A stretch of 64,000 nt of DNA from Octopus vulgaris (Eukaryota). The stretch lies in the NCBI GenBank assembly GCA_951406725.2, contig OX597815.1:137578001-137642000 (forward strand), in the 5' to 3' direction. The notes under the pieces were generated by a model. It had not been told where the DNA came from, did no database searches, and saw only the letters and a program-made list of their open reading frames with translations. A program made the position numbers and the translations under genes. Shown one piece after another: positions 1-13,732 of this stretch. The first letter of the stretch is position 1. The number at the start of each line of letters is the position of its first letter.

Positions 1-121
1 GCAGTGTCATGTTTTAGGTGCATTTCAGTGAGTGCCCTTCATAAGGCTTGATTGCGCATGCATGCATGTGTAGTGTGTGTAAGTTATCTAAAAGTCCATA
101 AGTCAGAAAAAAATGCACTTG

Positions 122-350
122 TATCATCATCATCGTTTAATGTCCGTTTTCCATGCGAGCATGAGTTGGATGGTTCAACCAGGGTCTGGGAAGCCAGGAG
201 GTTGCACCAGGCTCCAGTCTGATCTGGCAGTGTTTCTACTGCTGGATGCCCTTCCTAACACCAACCACTCCGTGAGTGTAGTGGGTGCTTTTTATGTGCC
301 ACTGGCACAGGTGCTAGGGGACGCTGGCAGCGGCCACGATCGGTTGGTGC
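122..350 (-). mobile_element. RTE LINE 3' UTR or derived SINE with (GAT)n tail
   Basis: catcatcatcgtttaatgtccgttttccatgc...ctggatgcccttcctaac, a motif repeated throughout the window (13733, 27319, 36421, 44678). Confidence 0.7.
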
Positions 351-825
351 AAAGTGGGTATATTATCCGAAGTATACAGTATTATATATCCAACATGGCT
401 GATCTTACCAATCGGTTTTGCACTAGGAGTCCACTCTATTTTACCCTTAGCATGAAACAGCTGGGTAAGATCAGCTGTGATGTATATATAATGCTATACA
501 CTTCAGATAACATATAAATAGATGGACAGATAGAGATAGTTTCAGCATGACAAAAGGATCTGGGGTGTGAGATCTTCATGGATGTACATTGCAATTCCAC
601 CATGACTCCTGTCTTTTTTTGTCACTTTCAATACAACATACTCTGGTATGTGTATTTCTGCATTTGCGATGTTAGGTTTTAGGTGAATTTTGATGCGAGC
701 TCAGTATAAGGCTTGATTGCATATATAGATGTGTGTGTGTGTGTGTGTGTGTAGCATGCACAAATCATCTAAAAGTCCATAAGTCAGGAAAAAGATGCAC
801 TCGTATATCTGTCAATAGAGTTGTG

Positions 826-1005
826 CGGTATTATATATCAATCAAAGTGTATGGTATTATATATCCATCATGGCTGGTCTTACCAATTGGTTTTGCACTA
901 GGAGTACAACACTCCATTGTACCCTGAGCACAAAACCGATTGGTAAGATCAGCCATGATGTATATATAATACTGTAAACTTCAAATAATATATAGATATA
1001 TACCA
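826..1005. mobile_element. Palindromic MITE-like element (second copy at ~355-520)
   Basis: tattatatatccatcatggctggtcttaccaattggttttgc ... gcacaaaaccgattggtaagatcagccatgatgtatatataata forms a long imperfect inverted repeat. Confidence 0.6.
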
Positions 1006-1803
1006 GTGTGCTTACACAACAGAGTGTAAGTGCCCTGATTGAAAAATTGGACATAAGGAGCATCAAATCTGGTGTGCAAGAAAGACAACCGCACTGGTAT
1101 GGTCATGTGTTATGTATGGATGAGGACAGCTGTGTGAGGAAGTACCACTCCCTAACTGTGGACAGAACATGTGGAAGAGCTAGACACAGGAAGACATGGG
1201 ATGAGATGGTGAAACATGACCTTCAAACACTGGGCCTCACAGAGGCAATGACAGGAGACCAAGACCTTTGGAGATATGCTATGATTGAGAAGACCTGGCA
1301 ACTAAAGTGAGGTCATAACCATGTCCAATGCCAGAGTTGAATGTCTGGCCCATTTAAGAGTACCCTAAGACCTGTTGAGTAAAGTAAAACCAAAATCGCA
1401 CCTGACTCCCATTCCAGTGGTACATAAAATGCATCATCCAAACATGGTCGATACCAGGTCCACTTGACTTGCTCCCATGCTGGTGACACATAAAAAGCAC
1501 CATCTGAACATAGCCAATGCTAGTAGTCCCCAACTGGCTCCCATGCCAGTGGCACATAGAAAGCACCACCTGAACATGATCAATGCCACCCGAACATGAT
1601 CAATGACTCCTGTGCCAGTGGCATGAAAAAAGCACCCACTACACTCTCAGAGTGGTTGACATTAGTAAGGGCATCCAGCTGTAGAAACATTGCCAGATCA
1701 GATTGGAACCTGGTGCAGGCGCTGGCTCTCTAGACCTCAGTCAAACCGTCAAACCCATACCAGCATGGAAAACGGATGTTAAATGATGATGATGATGATG
1801 ATG
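1006..1803 (+). mobile_element. RTE-clade LINE 3' fragment with 3' UTR and (GAT)n tail
   Basis: QERQPHWYGHVLCMDEDSCVRK...GRARHRKTWDE is an RTE ORF C-terminus; ends ...gatgttaaatgatgatgatg. Confidence 0.8.
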
Positions 1804-2065
1804 AATAGACAGATATAGTTATGTTGGTATAGATATATGTATAACCATAAATATATCTACATGCATATATACTTACATATTCATTGCACCTAGAATTCAT
1901 CCCACCCTCAAAAAAAAAATTGTAAAACTGTAAATTATGTACACAAATATAAATACATTTCTTGGTTTTCTCATGTCCATGCTTGAATGTATGCAAATAG
2001 AATATGCACATAGTCACAAATAAATGCAGAAAGACAAACTTAATTACAATACATCCATGAAGATC

Positions 2066-2610
2066 TCATGCTCCAGATCCTTTTGTCACCCTCAAACTTG
2101 GCCTGTGACACACTAACTGTAATAAGACAACTCAAGATAGTTATATGTGCTATTTATTGCCCACCAGATGATCCATTTCAAACAGGCCTATTCGAAGACT
2201 GCCTTACAAGAACAGAAGTCTTAACCAAACTAGAACACATCAGTGTACTGGGTGCTTTTTACATGGCACATCAGAATGTACTGGGTGCTTTTTACATGGC
2301 ACCAGCACCCACAAGTCCACAAGATTAGGAATACTCAGCTGGAGAGGGAGGTAGTTTCTTTGGCTAACTTAAAGAAGGATTTAGGGTTTGATTTTATATT
2401 TTTTATAACCCAAGCTGCTTTGTCTGCTCTTTATTTTTCATGGGAGAATTTCATGTCTCTCAATCTCCAGCAGTGCAGTTTCCAGTTGTGATTTTTCACT
2501 GTCATTGAGTTCTTTGTTGCAGCAGTTTGCAATCTTTGTACACCATCTCATAAGAACGTTTCTCTCTCTGGGAATCTTGTTCTTGTGTGAGTGGCCTTTC
2601 TCTCTGGGAC
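2066..2610. pseudogene. Old rearranged fragments of the CR1-group LINE (APE fragment +, linker fragment -)
   Basis: SNLACDTLTVIRQLKIVICAIYCPPDD (+) and VPERKATH (-) match the ORF2 at 48881-52180. Confidence 0.6.
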
Positions 2611-3126
2611 AGATAATAATACAGATAACAAAATGTAGAGACTTTTGTTATGAAACATGGAAATAATTAAACAGAGCAAACCCCAAAAATTTAAATAATG
2701 AGAAGGAAATGAGACTAATGCAAATATGAAATGCAAAACAAAAAATCTTATTTACTGCATCAAATATTCACAGTGCAATCAGTCAAATGGGATCAAAATT
2801 CATCAGTTTAGGGTACATACACAACAAATCAAAGACACTTCTCTTAGAAATGTCCCATGTAGTGAACATTAAACATTTGTGCAAATAGAAAATTCAAAAT
2901 ATTCAGGGTTTTTTAAAAACTGGAGGAATAAAATTATCAACTATAACAGCAAAGAATTCTAATCTAAAATAAGCAAGTCCTTTATTAAAAACAACTTCTT
3001 TTAACTCAATAACATGTGCATTCAGAAAGTTGAAAATGGTGAAAAGCATTTACCATAATATGTAAACCTCCTTCCAAAAGGTTTGTACCTTCTAGATTTT
3101 CTTTTAGATGTACAATGTGTATGTCT

Positions 3127-3162
<36 letters not shown>

Positions 3163-3323
3163 AAGAGAGAGAGAGAGCGAGAGAGAGATTGCATAATTTT
3201 TCGCCATGGATGTAGCTTTGAAAGAGATGATCATTTGCCTTAGAGAGAATTATAATGAAATCTTCAGCAATCTTCATATACTAACTCACATCACCAAATA
3301 GAAAACATCAATTTCAAACTTAC

Positions 3324-3416
3324 CTCTATTATTTAAACTACTGTGCACATCGCTCATAAAACTCTTGATTACTTTACTGAGAGCACTCTCCCTTTCCATT
3401 GGTAATGACTTAACAT
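3324..3416 (-). CDS. RIG-I-like helicase exon, start of Hel2i
   Basis: DVKSLPMERESALSKVIKSFMSDVHSSLNNR. Acceptor tttgcag| (phase 1, matches), donor G|gtaagt, open frame. The gene presumably continues beyond position 1. Confidence 0.75.
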
Positions 3417-3719
3417 CTGCAAATAGATAGTGTTATTAATATTATTAGTTTTCAACAGTTTTGTGTGAGTTTCTATTACAACCTCAGGAGAATCTCTATG
3501 CACTTTAAGTGTGTGCCGTATCATCTTTTATGTCAGTGGAATGGTGTTTGCATGTTACATTTACTTTGTTATTGAGTTTGTTTCATTGTTTCTCGTGTAT
3601 CACTTTAGTCTATTAAATATGCTGTTATTCTGTTGGATGGTAATGGTGTAGCATGAGTTATTTTATATTATTGGGAAGTGGCTGTGTAAAATATGCACAG
3701 TGTTGATAGTGTTAATTTA

Positions 3720-4115
3720 GTATTAGATGGTGACATAAGAAACAGAATATAACTGGAAGTTCTTACAGGACAATCAACTGAGGGTAACAGACCAAATGTG
3801 GTTGGAGCAAAGCTTTTGCCTGACCAAGGGTAACATAGTAATGGAAGAGTGGGGTTGACAGGGTCATAATAGAGAAGAGATGGGTTTGGAAAGAATGAAA
3901 AAGAAGGGGCAGCAAAGAGCCATATTAGGTAACTAAAAGGAAAGCTAGAAATCAGGTTTATCTAGCTAGAGCAGAAGCAGAAAGGAAGAGGTTTGCCAAT
4001 ATCTTACAGTGTGAAAACCAGAGACTCGAGGTGTCCTAGATTGCTAGACAGTGTGTCAGAAAGAAGTGAGATGTTATGGGAGAGAAATGTATATGGATGG
4101 ATAACGGTATGCTTT
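3720..4115 (+). mobile_element. Degenerate RTE LINE internal fragment
   Basis: Similar to the reverse complement of the RTE remnant at 13830-14630 (gagaaatgt...atggat; agaggtttgcca). Confidence 0.45.
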
Positions 4116-5788
4116 CACTTAGTGTTGTAGGAGTTTTATAAACAAAAGGTGTACTGCATAAATTGGGTTATTAAATTGGAAATGTCTTGCACAGCATGTA
4201 CACTGAACTTTGCTGACTATTCTTTAAACTTTGTATAAAGTTGTAAGCCTTACTGGTACTGTTTTTACATTCGTACCATAAATCCTGCTTATTTCCACTT
4301 CAAGATTCCTACAAAGTTTTGAGTCATCACTCTCAGGTTTTTTTATCCAGCTCAGGACCATGGCCTACCATACTGCCATAGAAGTCAATGTGTTGCTAAA
4401 AAAAGGCAATGATGCCTACACAAATATGGCTTCATCAATCAGCAATAGTTTACTAGTAAAGAGTGATATAGCAAACTACAAAGGAAGTTTTTAATCTCCA
4501 AACAGTTTGATCAAAGGTGTCAGAAAATCTGAGTTACAGTTATAAAAATCTGCTGAATTCAATCTCAGACTAAAGCAGCTTGGTATTTTATTTGAAACTA
4601 TGCCACATTGCTGTTTTTCCACTTGTTTCTTACATTCAACAAAAGGTACCACATTGAATGGTAATATTGAATCATGTACACATGGCTTATATGCAATGGC
4701 TTTAACTCATTTTACTTATTTAGTCTTCAGTAACTATGAACTACTGGCATAATATTTTCTAGTAAACTGTATTAAAGAAGATTCCTATTACATTTGTTGT
4801 TTCATGAAAGTAATTCCAGAAAATTATTTATATGTACACATGTAAATATAAATGATGGAGGTTAAATAAAATATATGAAAACTCAAATAAATATTAGAAT
4901 GGTCATTTTTGTTTTCACATGCAGCTTGCTTAGAATTGTGTACAACCAACAAAGAATTAATGACTAAAACTCCACACTAAAAATTGGCAATCCCCAACAA
5001 CTAAAATGACTAGTGGTCTCATATCTCTACTATCAGTGACTGAAGGAGTAATTTCTATGAACAATATCAACATTGATGTATGCTGTGTCCAATATTTTCC
5101 TATACATCCAAGCATTAGCTGCAGAAACGAATGACATTTGACCACTATTTCTAGTGAGACTTTTTGAATTTTTCTTTCACAGCAATAAAATAGTTGCATA
5201 ATTGTCGCTCAGATACCTCAGCTGTATGCTCTTCAATTGTTCTCTGCTGTCACAGAATAAAAAGATAAACAAACACAAAAAAAAAAAAATTTTTTGCTAT
5301 GTCTTTTCCATCTACTGAAATTCTTGCCCCAACTTTGCAAGTGGGTGTATCTTTTTCTACTCCTTGCCTTACACAGGAGATGCTGTGATTTAGTTTACAC
5401 AATAAGAAGCTCACTTTTCAACCAACAGAATCCAGTCAGGATCTCATTAACTCAATTAATTAATAAGTTTTTCTTCCACCAGCTCATTTCAGGCAAAGGA
5501 CTTAGATACAGGTACCAGTTTGCACTTGGAAATTAAATTAGAGATTTTGAAATATATGTCTAGTTCTAAGCAAAAGCTTTTCAATCAACTTCTTCACAGT
5601 GAAACTTTAGGGGATAAAAGGCCTTCACAACTATCATGAAGAACGAAGGAACTGCTAGAAAAATAGTTCCCAAAAGGAATAGTTGCTCAGCTCATGTTTA
5701 CTGTCAAATGTTCAGTCAATTTTAACAACTGTGACACCATTGCATACTACTTTGCCATGTATACTTGCATGCATGCATGTATACAGGA

Positions 5789-7051
5789 CAAGGTATATAA
5801 GATATTTCAGGACAAAGTTATGTTTATAAAAAAACAGATACATAATAACAGATAATAACTTTATTTATTAAAAAATGCTGAGGATAAAAATAAACCTTCT
5901 TTTCTATAATGTCATTCAATAAAGCCACCTTCAGCTTCAACAACTGCTTCTGTATGAGATCTAAATCATCTACATGCTCGAATCAAGTGGGCCTGGTTCA
6001 TTTTGGACATCACTCTGACTCTGGCAGCTTTCAAAGAATCTTTTATGTTATGGGCATGTTCATTGACCTCTCTCTTAACAACACTCCACATGTAATTGTC
6101 CAATAGATTGAGATCTGGGTTATTAGGAGGCCAAATATTAAGGGTTATGTGACCATGAAAATTTTCAGCCATCCATTCCTATGTTATTAGAGCCATGTGT
6201 GATAGTGTAGAGTTTTATTGAAACACATATGGCTTTCCATTGCATATACTATCTATCCAGGCCTTAACAATCGTTTCCAGGACCTCAATGTAGGCGACAG
6301 AGTTAAATCTAAGGCCTTGTGGAAAGAAGTAAGGAGGCATCACATGTCCTTCATTGCTAACAACTCCTAAAATCATGACAGTTGCAGGAAATTTTGCATG
6401 CATAATACTTGGAACTTCAGAAGGGTCTGCACATAACCATCTGTCATTTCTTCTGTTAACATTCTGATCTTGGTTGAAGTTTTTCCCAGTTGAGAAAAAC
6501 CAAATCAAATCTTCTTCTGCTAGATTTTGCAGTTTACTTAAAAACTTTTTTACATCTGATGTAGTGATTATCTTCTGCTTTTTCTGACAAGTTGACCTTT
6601 CCTCATCATATGAAACTTATATCTGATGTCTTTGTGGACAACATTTCTAACTGTTCCTTCTAACACATGGAGATCTTTTGCAATTGACCACATGGACTTT
6701 CTGAGATCGAAATCAATGGTCTGTTGAACTTGCTGGATAAATTCAAGTGTTCTGATGATTTCAGAGCATTTAGAATGCTTTTTATGCTTTGATACTGGCA
6801 ATACATTTCCATCTTCAGTCTCTGACTCCTTATAAACTTGATAGACGAAAGATCTGGCAACTTTTAAAAATCAAGATATTTCTAAATAGCTATGCTCAGC
6901 CTTTATAACCACAATAACAGCATGCCACTTCATTTGTTGAGTAAGCTGAGGGTCTGCCATTACAATTTTCTGAAACAAAGATTATACAGAGTTAGCAAAA
7001 AATGCAGCAAAGACCCAAGAAGGTATGTCATCAAGTACCTTACACACCCTA
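5789..7051 (-). mobile_element. Decayed Tc1/mariner transposon
   Basis: Broken transposase ORFs: NRRNDRWLC...KFPATVMILGVVSNEG, YVFQ, WPPNNPDLNLLDNYMW. TIR-like ends caaggtatataagatatttcaggaca / tgtcatcaagtaccttacacaccct. Confidence 0.85.
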
Positions 7052-7384
7052 TAGTTTGTATGTACAAATGTGGAGGTGCATGGTTTAGTTGCACTCATGA
7101 TCATAAGATTGTGGTTTTGATTCCTGGAACAGGGGATACATTGTGTTCTTGAGCAAAATATTTCATTTCCCATTGACCCAGCCCACTCAGCAGGAAAAGA
7201 GTAACCCTCTGATGGACCAGCATCTTGGCCAGGGCAAGAAATATACATGTCACAGAATCTAGAAAACCAGACTTATGAGCCTATGGCTTGGGAAGGTCCT
7301 TCCATCGTTTTTTTTTTTTTATTGTTATGATGGGTAATGGTAAACAAAGAAGACAGCGGCAATGACTGAGAACTTTCTACTTAC

Positions 7385-7547
7385 CTTCCACAGGTACAGG
7401 TACATGGTCACATAACTCTTTAATATTATCCCTAGTAATGCACAATTCATCACAGTCTAGATTGGCACAAATTTCCAAAATGTGTTCTTTGGCATTTTTA
7501 CCAGTTTTCGTTACATCAATACCAGCCACAGCTGTCAAACCAATAAC
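7385..7547 (-). CDS. RIG-I-like helicase exon, motif III
   Basis: Hand translation: VIGLTAVAGIDVTKTGKNAKEHILEICANLDCDELCITRDNIKELCDHVPVPVE, cf. RIG-I VIGLTAS...ICKLCASLDA. Acceptor ttccag| (phase 0), donor G|gtaagt (phase 1). Not in the ORF track. Confidence 0.88.
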
Positions 7548-7602
7548 CTGGAAGAAAGTGCCACAAAATCTGAAAGTTAATTCATGTCAATTTGATTCCT
7601 TA

Positions 7603-7752
<150 letters not shown>

Positions 7753-9769
7753 CACCAATCAACTTAACTCTTACGACTTCAAATTATTCATGAGCCAATA
7801 AGGAGCCTCAATTTTTGCTAGGTCTCTTGACTTGCTAGAAAAAGTAGCTGAATTCCCTTGAATTAAACCTTAGCATCTTAAAACAAGAATACATCTCTAA
7901 AATGTTTATAAATGTGCAAATATAATAACTTGATATAGGTTTACAGATACATATATATAAATAAATATTGGCCTAATGAAATTATCAGCTCTTCTAAAAG
8001 TTATTATTCTCCATCATACTCTCATTCTCTCTAGTTTCATCAATATGCAATCTGAAGTTAAAACTACATCATAATTTCAAAGGTGTTGTTCAATCTGATA
8101 TTGCATTTCATTACAATGGGATTATGTAAATGTACATAACCTTATCACCACTTCTTCTGCTCTCTCAGTATAGTCTCTACTATTACAAACAAATCTGTTA
8201 CCTTAGTCTAATGTGAGAAATGTTATTTTAGTAGTGTATACTAGAAATGACAAAGCACCAAACTAATATACAGAATTCAAAACATACAAAAAAATCAATT
8301 TTACTTTTTATCCCTCCAAAGTCAATAAACTACTACTCTTGAACTACTCAAACTGATTCAGTTGCCTTACTCCTCCCATTGCAAGTTATGGTCATAAACC
8401 AATATAAAGAATCATCACTGACTGAAAACCACTATTCAAAACTGAGATTTTGGCTTTGCTTATGTCACATTCATAAATATCATTGGTGAAAGCTATGTTG
8501 TTGCACTTTGTATCAGTAAAGTCACTGCTTTTGTTCAGCATGAAAACCTCCTTGCCTATAGTCTCCCATCGATCTCAAATTTCTTGAAATACATGATTTT
8601 TCCTAATCCAAGAAACTCCCACCATTGCAGTGTCTGCCTTACAGCACATGCACACCTATACAGATAATACCACTCTTCAATTCCTCCTTAATCTTTTAGA
8701 CAAGCATCATCCACATGCAACTTAAACACTTCACATCAGATCTGTACTGACTCTATGAGAAGAGGCCTTAGAATTATAGTACAAAATATCATCTCTCTTT
8801 ATGTTTGTATGCATATATGTGTAAGGATGAAACCATGTGAGTGTGGTGTGTGCATGTGTAATCTCTACTGTCACAAATTTTGTAAAGAAAAGTCTCCTTC
8901 AAAGTGGATATCTAAGTCTCTTTCAATAGTACAAAGACACTATATTTACAAACATCAAACATTTTTGTACATAACTTCCTCTTTGTACAAGCAACACACA
9001 ATTAAAATCTTTAAAATGCTGCAAATGGTAGGTTTCACCATCTCTGATGATCTCCCATAGCAAACTCAGATACAGCAGTACCAAAACTGTACCACAAAAA
9101 CTAGAGATCATCTCCTTAGAGCTAGAAAATACTTCACCCATGACTAATTTCTAATCCTCTACAAAGCACTTCTACCTGAAAAAAAGCAAAAATTCAATTT
9201 CCAATATTCTTCAATTACAAGCTCCTCAAAGATGTGGTATTTTCAGTCTTTGAATTTTCTAATGCTATTGCTTCAATTTCTGCTTCTCTAGGTCACTGCA
9301 TACACTTTCTGATGTGGTCTATGTTGTACACCTGTCTCTTCCTCCTATCACTCCTAAGAGGAAATCTCTTCATCCACCTAATCACACACAAAATACTTTA
9401 CTCAGTTCATTTTTCCAAAAATACGACCATCTAAATCCCCACTACCACCTCTCCTTGTCTAACATCATCCTAATAAATATTTAAACTGAACAGCAACAGT
9501 ATCAATTTCACTAACTTTTGGACAGCCTTGAAAGTTTAGAGATGCTGTCCCTCCTCTATTAACTAATTTACAAAAGAAAAGAAAATAGACGTAACAGATG
9601 TTAATTTTTACAAGGCCCTCTTCATAACTTACACTTTATCCCTGTACAGTATAAACAGGAGTTTTCTTTGTTTATTTTTGTTTCATTTTTTTGTTTGACT
9701 TGATTTTTTGCATAAATGCGAAAAAGACATTTGTGTGTGGCAGGTATCTGCCTGTTATACAAAACTTAC

Positions 9770-9962
9770 CTGAGGTAACTGACAATTTGCTTTTTCAAAT
9801 TTTTCATCAAGGTATCTTGACATAAGGATATTGTAAGGATGTTTGCTATATGTATGATGACATTCATCAATTATTAGCAGTGTAATAATGGAAAGACTCT
9901 CAATTCTACCATGCTTCAGGTTGTCAACTAAACATTGTGGAGTCATAACAACAATATTACTT
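9770..9962 (-). CDS. RIG-I-like helicase exon, motifs Ic and II (DECH)
   Basis: SNIVVMTPQCLVDNLKHGRIESLSIITLLIIDECHHTYSKHPYNILMSRYLDEKFEKANCQLPQ. Acceptor tggtacag| (phase 2, matches previous exon), donor CAG|gtaagt. Confidence 0.93.
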
Positions 9963-12172
9963 CTGTACCAAAACAAAAAAAAAATGAGACACAAAAATTA
10001 GATCATCATATTTACCATCATCATTGTCATCAATATACTTTTTAACATCCACTTTGCTACACTTACATATGAGGTGTTTAGTAACACACTGTCGTAAGCA
10101 CCACAACTTAAAAACCAAGAAAAATGCAGTCAAAGTTTTGCAACTTTCAGAATACGATATCTTGGCAAAAAATGAAGTTAGGAAGCTGGTTTTGGTATTA
10201 AAATGACCATGAAGACCTCCTCTAATCATTCCACCTGTGTAAAATTATTTATATATGCATCTGAAAGATGAAACAATGACTGCATCTTTCTCATTTTGTA
10301 GAATGTACGGGTACTACAAAACAGTCTATTGCATTGCATATTTTAGCCATAATACCTAGAAAAAACATACAAAGACCTCCCAAAAGTATTGTTTGTGTTT
10401 TAATATATCAAGGTAAGTATCTTTAAGAGGTAAGTAAGACAAGATAGTAAGATAATATCCCATTATTGTTACAATGGTAATGAGGAATATTAAAAAATTG
10501 AACCATAACACCTCAAAAATGATACAGTGAACACACCAAAGCTATTGATTGAGTGTGTGAGCTTATAATGGTGTGTTACTAAACTCTCTGGGCCAAGTTT
10601 GGGTGAGCGAGTGTCATGTCAATAGCATTGAGGTACAATATTTTGCAGCCAGATTTTCAACCTTATTGTAAGACTCAGTGGTTCTTCCTCCCAACTTTTT
10701 CGAATTCTAGATGTTGAGACAAAGAAAATGATATACTAACCTCGAAAACGGCCAGGGTAGCACTTACAACACTCTGTTACTAAACACTTCATATGCTGGA
10801 TGGAATTCATCAATGCAGATTTTCTAAAGTTGCAATGCCTTTCCTGTAGCCAACCCTTACCAGTTTCAAAGTAAGATAATACTTCTCCATGACCAAACAT
10901 ATTTGTCATAGAAAATTTGTTGACCCTATCATATTCTTGGCTTTTATTTTACCTATCACTCTCTTTTTTTTTGTCATGTTGCATGATGTTTTATGAATGG
11001 AGAGTAATTAATACTATTTTGTTCTATTTCCACTTTTACTGACTTACATTTATTTTAATATCATAGTTCCAAAACCCATGTAAATCAGGATTGGTGAATG
11101 AACAAAAAGGCTGCTTTTATGAGGCACTCCTGGTCACCTCAGCAACAAATGACAACAACCACATTATAATGGCTGGTAAAGTTGATAAAAAGCTCAAGTA
11201 AGAGCACGATAGTTTCTCTGATGCGCATGGCGGTTATGGATATGATTTGATTTTTTTTATCCAAAATATTTACATGCTATTATTTATAGTTTTGAGTGTA
11301 CTTCAAGACCAGTATTCCATAAAAGAAATATCTTACATACTCTCAAAAGTTTATAAAATTCTTAATAATGTCAAAAATATTTAAGTATTTTGTCATATCT
11401 GAGTGTTATTTATTTTATTTTTATTCATTGGTCTTTTAATTGAATATCATTACATATGCAGACAGTTAAATATTATCATTCAATTCTAATCTTCACACAT
11501 GCACCTAATTGAATATTTTTGCCTTGTTTCTTCATTATCTGTATATTTTTATTAATGGTTTCCAGCTTCATTACTCAAATTTCATTTTATAGACCAAGTT
11601 AGAAATTTTTAATTTTCAGTTTTAATAAATATATTTTGGGACTACTTTCTGTATGGAGTATTCTGTTTTCCCTTCTCATTTACGCTTAAGTTTTTACCAC
11701 CATTATTGAGTATCATTTTTTAATGCAAGCTAGTAAAATTTATATCTGCAATTGAACACTGTCAGTTATAATTTAATCAATTAATCCTAATGAACTGTCT
11801 TCTGTCATTATTTTAGCAGTCTTCAAATTACACTGAGATAGCCATGTATCTACCCACTTATGCATGTGCATGCATGTATGTGCATATATGAAAGTAGGGA
11901 GAAACTGGCCAGGTTTCATAGACCTTTTTGAGATAGTTGCAGGACTAAGGACTTTTAAATGCCCAACTGTAGTAAAACTTCTTGAAGCAAGAGTTAGGAG
12001 ATTGAAGTATGGGATCTGATAGTACTTCCCATTACTTTCTCACATCCATAGTTTGGAACATGTGTGTTTGTTTGGAACATGTGTGTGTGTGTGTGTTTAG
12101 TGCATTGATATAGTCTTTTTATTCTTAATAAAAATGGAGAAACAAAAACTAAATAAGAAAATATGACCTTAC

Positions 12173-12345
12173 AATGTGAACGATTCCATTTTCTTGCTTT
12201 GGCTCTCAGGAGATCCATAAATAACATTAATTATCAAATCAGGGAAAGCACCTATCAGAACATTTTTTTGTTGTTCAGCTAAGTTTGTTTGATTGCATAA
12301 AAAGATTACTTTGCAAACTTTTCCTTCATTTTTTTGAAAATGATC
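12173..12345 (-). CDS. RIG-I-like helicase exon, motif Ia
   Basis: DHFQKNEGKVCKVIFLCNQTNLAEQQKNVLIGAFPD..., cf. RIG-I KVVFFANQIPVYEQQ. Acceptor tttgcag| (phase 0), donor TT|gtaagg (phase 2). Confidence 0.88.
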
Positions 12346-12635
12346 CTGCAAATAAACAGATAAAAACAAAATAAATTTTTAAAAACAAAAACAGTGAAGA
12401 AAAATAATATTATATATAAAATGTTCCACTAACAAGGAAGACGGTGCTGTCCTTTTTTCAGAGAGAGAAAGAGAGTGTGTGTGTGCATGTATGTGTATGC
12501 ATGCATGTGTGCATATATGTGGATGTGTGTGTATTAAATTTGATTTTCAAAGGGATATTCACATTAGTAGGACAGCTGACTTCTGTGATGATAAATATTC
12601 TTTATTTTTGGTTCCAAATGACCATATCCAAATAT

Positions 12636-13700
12636 ACAGGGTGTAACAGGTACAGTGGGACCATTTAAATATTTTTAATATAATTGATATAACTCAGAAT
12701 AATCAAACACTGCAAGTTTTATGTTTATGCCAATTTATTTTGGAGTGTTTAGCACTATTTCAGTTCAATGTAACCATCATTTGCTTTCTTTACCAGTTCA
12801 ATCCATTTATGAAATGATGTGTATACCTTAACTATTTCTTGCTTCTTCATTTTACTGAATGCTTGCTTGATCAAAGTCTTCAGTGAAGACACACAGTTGT
12901 GAAAAGTTGTATCGCATATTGCTTCAGCTGTGCCCCATAGCCAAAACTCACACGGATTCAAATCTGGCAAGCTAGATGGCCAGATATCTTTAGGGACAAA
13001 CATGAAAAGTTCCTTCTTCAAAAGTTCTTGCATCTTTTCAAAGAATGTGCTGGTACAGAGTCTTTTACAAACAAGACTCAACTTGCATCATAATGATTCC
13101 TAGTCCAAAGCAATAAAACGTCTAAGATTTTGAGATATTCTGCTGTATTGATTTTAAGAACTGCTTCAATAAAATGAAGTGGTCACAATTTCCCATCACT
13201 TGCAACAGCTCCAAAGACCATAATGGAAGCCAGATTCTTGCTATGCATAGCTGAAAGAATTTGCAAAGGATCGTACACTACCACTCGTGAGTTTTGACGG
13301 TTTGCAACTTCATCCATCATGATATTCTTTTCATCAACAGAGATGCAGACATCCCTGCCATGATGTCTCAGATGGACTAAGAAGTTTGGGACTTCTTTCA
13401 GCTTAAATGGCTTTGAAGTGGGTTACTAGGATGTTACAGTGTCTCCTTACATACAATTTCATATAGAGGTCTTGTCTCACAACCCTAGAAATGGTCATTT
13501 TACTGACTCCTCAATCTTGAGCCAAATTTGCCATCAATTTTGATGGGTTTGACTCAATTGATCTTTCAAGTCTTGTTAAGGAGTGAGATGTGCATTTTCA
13601 GTCACTACAAAGAACGTGAGGCTTTCTTTGAACATCTAACAATCTCCCCAACACTTTTGCTGGTGTAGAATAATTTCACAAATACAATTCTTCAGTTTAA
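12636..13700 (-). mobile_element. Decayed Tc1/mariner transposon (second family)
   Basis: WPSSLPDLNPCEFWLWG...ANDGYIE C-terminus; left end tacagggtgtaaca. Right boundary approximate. Confidence 0.75.
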
Positions 13701-13732
13701 TTCTTTAACATTCATAGTTTGTTCAACATTAT

